Assembly (NCBI GenBank): GCA_964016885.1
Contig: OZ024746.1
Location: 51,212,001-51,276,000 of the forward strand
Direction: 5' to 3'
DNA: 64,000 nucleotides
Source: Eledone cirrhosa
Taxonomy: Eukaryota
The position numbers and the translations under genes were made by a program. Position 1 is the stretch's first letter, and each line of letters begins with the position of its first letter. The notes under the pieces are model-generated. The model did no database searches and was not told where the DNA came from. It was given only the letters and a program-made list of their open reading frames with translations. Shown in pieces: positions 57,516 to 64,000 of this stretch.

Positions 57516-57845
57516 GCCAATGGCTTAGTGGTTAGAGCATTGGGCTTGCAATTGAAAGGTTGTGAGTTCGATTCTCGGACCTGATGATGCGTTGTGTTCT
57601 TGAGAAAGACACTTTATTTCCCGTAGCTACAGTTTACTCAGCTGTAGAACTGAGTTGCGACGTCAGTGGTGCCAAGCTGTATCGGCCATAGCGTTTCCCT
57701 TGGACATCATTGGTGGCATGGAGATGGGAGATTGGTATGCATGGGCGACTAATGGTCTTCCTCGAACAACCTTGCCCGGACTTGGGCCTCGGAAAGAAAC
57801 TTTCTAGGTGCAAATCACGTGGTCATTCGTGACTGAAGGGTATCT
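57516..57845 (+). mobile_element. tRNA-derived CORE-like SINE (second family)
   Basis: A-box TGGCTTAGTGG (57521), B-box GAGTTCGATTC (57564), CORE-like GTTGTGTTCTTGAGAAAGACACTT; 3' body differs from the 48052 SINE. Confidence 0.75.
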
Positions 57846-57859
57846 TCGATCTAATAGAC

Positions 57860-58395
57860 ATGTATCTCTGTTCCAGAAAAAGTACCCAGGTAGGCTAGGT
57901 GGTGTGGGTTTGTTGGTTCCTAGACTGTTGAAGCTGTTCTTGGGGTTGTGCTTGATAAAGAGTTTCCTGTATATATGGTTAGCGGGAGAGCGTTTGTCAA
58001 GGGATGTTCTAGCATTGTTGGTTTTGACATTCGGCCATTAAGGTGGTGTGAAACAGATTGTATTTCGGCTTCTATTTCTCTTTGGTTGTGTTGGTCTTGG
58101 ACTGTAACTAATTTTACCCTTAAAGCCGATTACTTCTAGAACATCGTTGTAGAAGGGAGCTGCTTTATTAAATATATTCCTACTGTAAGTTGTGCATGTT
58201 AAATACCTTACTGTATATATGGTTGGCTCTATAAGAGCAAAGAACTTTCTGCCAATGTTGGATTTCGCATATAACCAACAAGGAAAACAGCACAGGACAA
58301 CTATACAGTACGTTGATTATGTATATTAATTTAACGCTTCATATAGCAAGGAAAGTGTGTTTACGTTTCGGATGTCAGTCATTCATCGAAGGATA
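57860..58395 (-). mobile_element. Degenerate, rearranged Penelope-like element fragment
   Basis: Minus-strand peptides IFNKAAPFYNDVLEVIGFKGKISY (~58105-58180) and AKSNIGRKFFALIE (~58225-58270) resemble PLE RT C-terminal motifs. A hammerhead-like remnant GATGAATG..CATCCGAAACG lies near 58365-58390. Confidence 0.55.
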
Positions 58396-58423
58396 GAATG
58401 TAAGATCGAAAAAGAAATAGAAG

Positions 58424-58496
<73 letters not shown>

Positions 58497-58575
58497 AGGT
58501 AGATAGAAATATTTAGATAAGATTGGTAGGTAGAAGCATAGATAGAGAAATAGGTATAGACAGGTATATTGCTAG

Positions 58576-58646
<71 letters not shown>

Positions 58647-58716
58647 GGAGGTGAGTTTTATTGTAGTACAATAAAGCAATGCAGATATCGGATAAGAAGC
58701 ACTCTACATAATATAT

Positions 58717-59037
58717 AAGATCAAAAGATGGTTAAATGAGTTCCATGTATTTTATTATGCGCATTTCAAAAACAAATATCATCAAAACAAATATCATCAA
58801 AAACAAATTTCACCCCCCCCCCCCCCCTAAAAACATTTTTTTCCCCCAATATCACACATCAATCTAAAACTATTTTTCATATGTTGATTTAAAACTGCAC
58901 TATCCACAAGTGTTTTTAACCTTCATATCATGTCTTCCTATTTTATCTGATGAAAACACAAATGTTATTGCATGATGATATTTGTTTTTGAAATGCGCAT
59001 AATAAAATACATGGAACTCATTTAACCATCTTTTGAT

Positions 59038-59040
<3 letters not shown>
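58717..59040. mobile_element. 324-bp MITE/foldback element with perfect 68-bp TIRs inserted in TA
   Basis: 58717-58784 (AAGATCAAAAGATGG...AATATCATCA) is the exact reverse complement of 58973-59040, with TA on both sides. Confidence 0.85.
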
Positions 59041-59119
<79 letters not shown>

Positions 59120-59365
59120 TTTTATGTGTATTTGGTGTATACATTCGTATGCGTGCGGGTACAGGCGTTGCGTGGGTTCTGTATGTGCGTGCGTTTTTTT
59201 TTCTTTTTTGTGTACGTGCGTGTATTTGTATACCTATGGCGAGTGTTTTCGCGTATGCTTGTGTATATTCGTATATGGATGCGTGTATGTATTTATTTAA
59301 TTTCAATTACCTCTGTATTTTTTTACTTTATTCTTAACTGTGAAGTCGAGAATCATTCGGTTTCC

Positions 59366-59645
59366 TAGTTAGAATTTTAGTCTACGACTTCAGTTATACC
59401 ATTTACGTGGTTTTGTCTTTGCGTGCAATTGTTCTCCCTGCTCCACATATGACGTATTATCTTCATTTTTTTCGTTCATTGCCAGAGAACGTCTCTATGA
59501 ACCACCTAATAGAATATTAGTCTACAAACTCTTTTATACCATAAATGTGGTTTTGTCTTTGCGTGTAATTGTTTTTCACCGCTCCAAATAATGACGTATT
59601 ATATTCGTTTTTCCTGTTCTTTGCCAGGGAACGTTTCCAGGAACC
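59366..59645. repeat. Diverged tandem duplication, period 140 bp
   Basis: agaat.ttagtctac...gtggttttgtctttgcgtg...atgacgtattat...tgccag.gaacgt at 59371 and 59511. Confidence 0.8.
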
Positions 59646-59791
59646 TAAGTATCGTCTTCCTGTCTTCCTCCGGTTGCATCATTTTTTGAAATATTCACTT
59701 TTGCGTTCACAGATTGACATTGTTAGTTTCTGAAGATCCCGTTAAGGATGAAAGCAGCGATTCTTTGCTTACACTTTAATCTGTTATTTTA

Positions 59792-59880
<89 letters not shown>

Positions 59881-60324
59881 TAATTGGAAAAAATGAAATT
59901 TCATTTCTCACTCTCTTAGTATTATAATAAATGTTCGGTAAACACATACGTACATATATATATATGTGTGCATATAAGTATGTATATACATACTACTGTG
60001 CGTCTGTATACATATATGTATGTACGTATACATGCTTATATATATATATTTACACACACATATATATATATATATATATAGATAGATATATAGACACACA
60101 TTCATAGAATGTGTGTGCGACTGTGTCAGTGTGTATATATCAATGTGTATGAGTGAGTATCCGTTGGTATGTCAGTGCGCATATGTCGGTGTGTGTGTGT
60201 GTGTGTCTTCGTATCTGTCTGTGTGTGCATGTGTGCATGCATCTGTACCTGTGGTTAAAAGTGTATGCATGTATGTATGCATATGTATGTATGTATGTAT
60301 GGATATATATGTATGTATGTGTAT

Positions 60325-60613
60325 GTTATCTCTTTCTCTTAATTTCGAGTATATTTTTTTTGACCGGCCACCTTCCTGGTAGCAAGGTTGTAAAAGAAAA
60401 GAAATTGTCATCCCTTGAATTGCAAGAATGTTTTGCAAATTTTGAAGGTGCCAGCTATCACAGTCATTTGTAGTCTATGAATTAGGGAGCTGCGCTCTTT
60501 GTCCGCAAATCCAAGTTCAGTCATACTCTGGTCCAAGCGGGTTGGTATATAACCCGTAGCTCCAATAATGATGGGTATGAAGCTAAAGGTGTATCTTGGA
60601 TACTGGATTTGTA
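60325..60613 (-). mobile_element. 3' end of an RLE-class (R4/Dong-like) non-LTR retrotransposon
   Basis: Open frame LQIQYPRYTFSFIPIIIGATGYIPTRL..LGF..LQMTVIAGTFKICKTFLQFKG* resembles the C-terminus of restriction-like endonuclease domains (PIVIGALG..P). Followed by a short 3' UTR; both flanks are (CATA)n. Confidence 0.65.
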
Positions 60614-60737
60614 ATGTATGTATGTATGTATGTATGTATGTATGTATGTATGTATGTATGTATGTATGTATGTATGTATGTATGTATGTATGTATGTATG
60701 TATGCATATGTATGTATGCATATGTATGTATGTATGC

Positions 60738-60768
<31 letters not shown>

Positions 60769-60815
60769 TGTATGTATGTATGTATGTATGTATGTATGTA
60801 TGTATGTATGTATGT
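60614..60815. repeat. (TATG)n microsatellite
   Basis: Direct reading. Confidence 0.95.
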
Positions 60816-60820
60816 AGATA

Positions 60821-60952
60821 TGCACAGTCTTTCATCACTTTAAAAAATATCTTCACGCACAGGCATTCATTGCACAACATAATTAATTGATAATGATCAA
60901 TAATGGTATATCGTGCAATGGCCATACTCGATAACGAGGGGGCAGCCATCAT
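60821..60952 (+). mobile_element. 5'-truncated RTE-derived short element (family 2)
   Basis: Matches 61445-61572; ends CTCGATAACGAGGGGGCAGCCATCAT. Confidence 0.7.
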
Positions 60953-60996
60953 GTAGGTATGCATATGTATATATGTATCTATATAGGTATGTATAT

Positions 60997-61572
60997 GTCG
61001 GGGAACATGTAACTCAGTACAACCTGTCGCATTGTCGGGTCCTCGGCGACTAAACCGGCAGCCCCACCAAGTTCACTTGGTGAGGAGGGTGATTTTGGAT
61101 ACCCTGCAGGACAAAAAACAAAACCTGACATGGGGCGGAAGCCCTCATAAGGGTCAATGGCCATCTAAAAGTGTGTAAATATGTATATACACATGTACAT
61201 ATGTATGTATATGTGTATATGCGCGGGGACGTAGAAATAGTCGGGCTGGACAACCGATCGCGCGGTTAAACCACTGGGAGTGAAGGACCTCTAGCCTTTG
61301 TCAGGGCATTCTTCTAGGAGAGGGAACTCAGGAAACTGGGATAACTCCGATATAAAACCTGCGGCTCAGTAGTTACCGATGATGTTGATATTTTCTTCTT
61401 TTTGGGTTATAGCTACTGTCGCTCAGAGAGTGGGATTGGCTCAGTGCACAGTCTTTCCTCACTTTAAAAAATATCTTCACGCACGGACATTGCACGATAG
61501 AATTAATTAATAATTATTAATAATGGTATATCGTGCAATGGTCATACTTGATAACGAGGGCGCAGCCATCAT
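60997..61572 (+). mobile_element. RTE-derived bipartite short element (family 2), interrupted by a small microsatellite
   Basis: 5' part homologous to the reverse complement of 50340-50680 (CAGTACAACCTGTC..GGCGACTAAAC..TTGGTGAGGAGGGTGA..CCTGCAGGAC). Related GCAGCCA(T/C)CAT 3' end, but no zinc-finger remnant. Confidence 0.7.
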
Positions 61573-61954
61573 GTATAGTCTAGTGTATATATGTATGAAT
61601 ATAGGTATGTATAGTCTAGTGTATATATGTATGTATGTAGGTATGTATAGTCTAGTGTATGTGAAGTGAGAGGAATAATGTCAAAGATTATTGTGACAAT
61701 CCTGTCAACACCTGCTCTGGCTTATGTAAATATACTCTCTTTACTTACACCCCTCCTCTCTCTCTCACACACTGGCTCTTTCATTCTTTCTTTCTCTCAC
61801 CTCCTCTTAATCTACCCCTCTCTTATTGTCTCTCACTGTGTCTCTCCCACACTCTCTCACGCCACACATCACCCATTCCCCCCTCCCTCCTTCTCTTTTC
61901 TGTTACCCTCTTTCTCTCACTGGTTCTGTTTGTCTGCAGATATTCCAGGATGCA

Positions 61955-62982
<1,028 letters not shown>

Positions 62983-63167
62983 AAACATTGATGATCACAG
63001 TAGATTCAACAATAGTGTGGAAGCCGTGTGAATGGTATTGATGTCGTTATTAGTTCTATACTAGAAGACAGCAAATATTTAATAGTAACCATATTAAATA
63101 ACAACAGAAAGCTAGCTACTGCTGCAGTGCGTGTTCCTTTAACCAATATAAGAAACATCGAACCCCT

Positions 63168-63202
<35 letters not shown>

Positions 63203-64000
63203 GCCATTCCAGATTGATAATTGTCTTTCCAGAGATCCAGACCAACTGGCACGCATGTGTCAGCCAGAGAATATCTTCTCTATTTAAGGCTTTTAACATC
63301 TCGGACTGAATACCATACTCCCCAGAGGCTTTGTCACATTTGAGTTCTTTAATTGGTCTGGTGATCTCAGGCCCCCAGAGGTTACTCATTGCTCCTAGAT
63401 GCACCTCATGAACATCAGAAGATGCTGTGACTGGGTTTAGGAGATCAGCAAATATTCTCTCCATCTCGCAGGAATGCACCTCTTTGAAAAGCGAAGAACC
63501 TCAGACGCATTCCTGATATCAGGCATGGACGGTGGTGATCTCTTATTACGAAGTCGGTGGATGGTCTACTGGAACCCTTTATTTGCTGATCTGAAGTCAT
63601 ATTCCAGCTTAACCCTAAAATTCTCTCATGTCTTAACATTAAATGCCTTTACGATCAGTGCTACGACTTTTTGTGCCTGCTTATATCGCAAGTGTAAGAA
63701 CTGAATTTATTTCCAAGCCAAGTTTTGTAAGTCTCCTCCTCTGCTCGGATGGATGTTTGATCCCTTGATTGAACCAAGGGGTCTTCCTGCTACCCGACCC
63801 CACACCAAACCGCTTTCACCCTCAGCATTTAACAGCTGAACAATCTCCATTCCATTACAACGTTCTCAGTTTTCTTAGGGAGTTCTCTGAATTTGGATGC
63901 AATAGCATCTGCATACCTGGTCATGACCTCTTTATCAGCCAGCGTTTCCCTCTTTATCATATATATTGACCTGGATCTGCCAGATTTGTGGGGTTTCTTG
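63168..64000 (-). mobile_element. Degenerate RTE-clade LINE fragment (EN-RT linker and RT N-terminus) ending in (CAA)n; runs off the window
   Basis: RWREY/ADLLNPV and IKELKCDKASGEYGIQSEMLKALNREDILWLTHACQLVWISGK resemble the RTE/Rex3-type pre-RT region (GKA.G.D.I..EMLKAL...G..WLT). Stops and frameshifts lie upstream. Confidence 0.75.

Overview
Eukaryotic (metazoan) non-genic DNA. The SINE types and very dense TA/CA microsatellites suggest an octopod cephalopod, which is an inference. Bases 1-45540 are one satellite array of about 650 copies of a 70-bp monomer (consensus GAAACCACAGCCAAGGGAACGGGCTTGGGTGGATCAACGAGATTGCCACTGTCCCTATCTACTGTCTAGC). The monomer is recognisably a piece of the conserved 28S rRNA core, just downstream of the R2 site and containing the R1 target. 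The array has a ~2-kb inverted block and several nested higher-order duplications, and it ends by running into 50 bp of the next-downstream 28S sequence. About 35 bp later lies a 1.7-kb Chapaev3-like DNA transposon with intact TIRs and TAA TSDs but a dead transposase. The remaining ~17 kb is a mosaic of microsatellites, tRNA-derived SINEs, bipartite RTE-derived short elements, Penelope-like, RLE-LINE and RTE-LINE remnants, and a MITE. No intact protein-coding gene is supported. The ORF track is almost entirely satellite or microsatellite artefact. All family assignments are from recalled motifs, not database searches.
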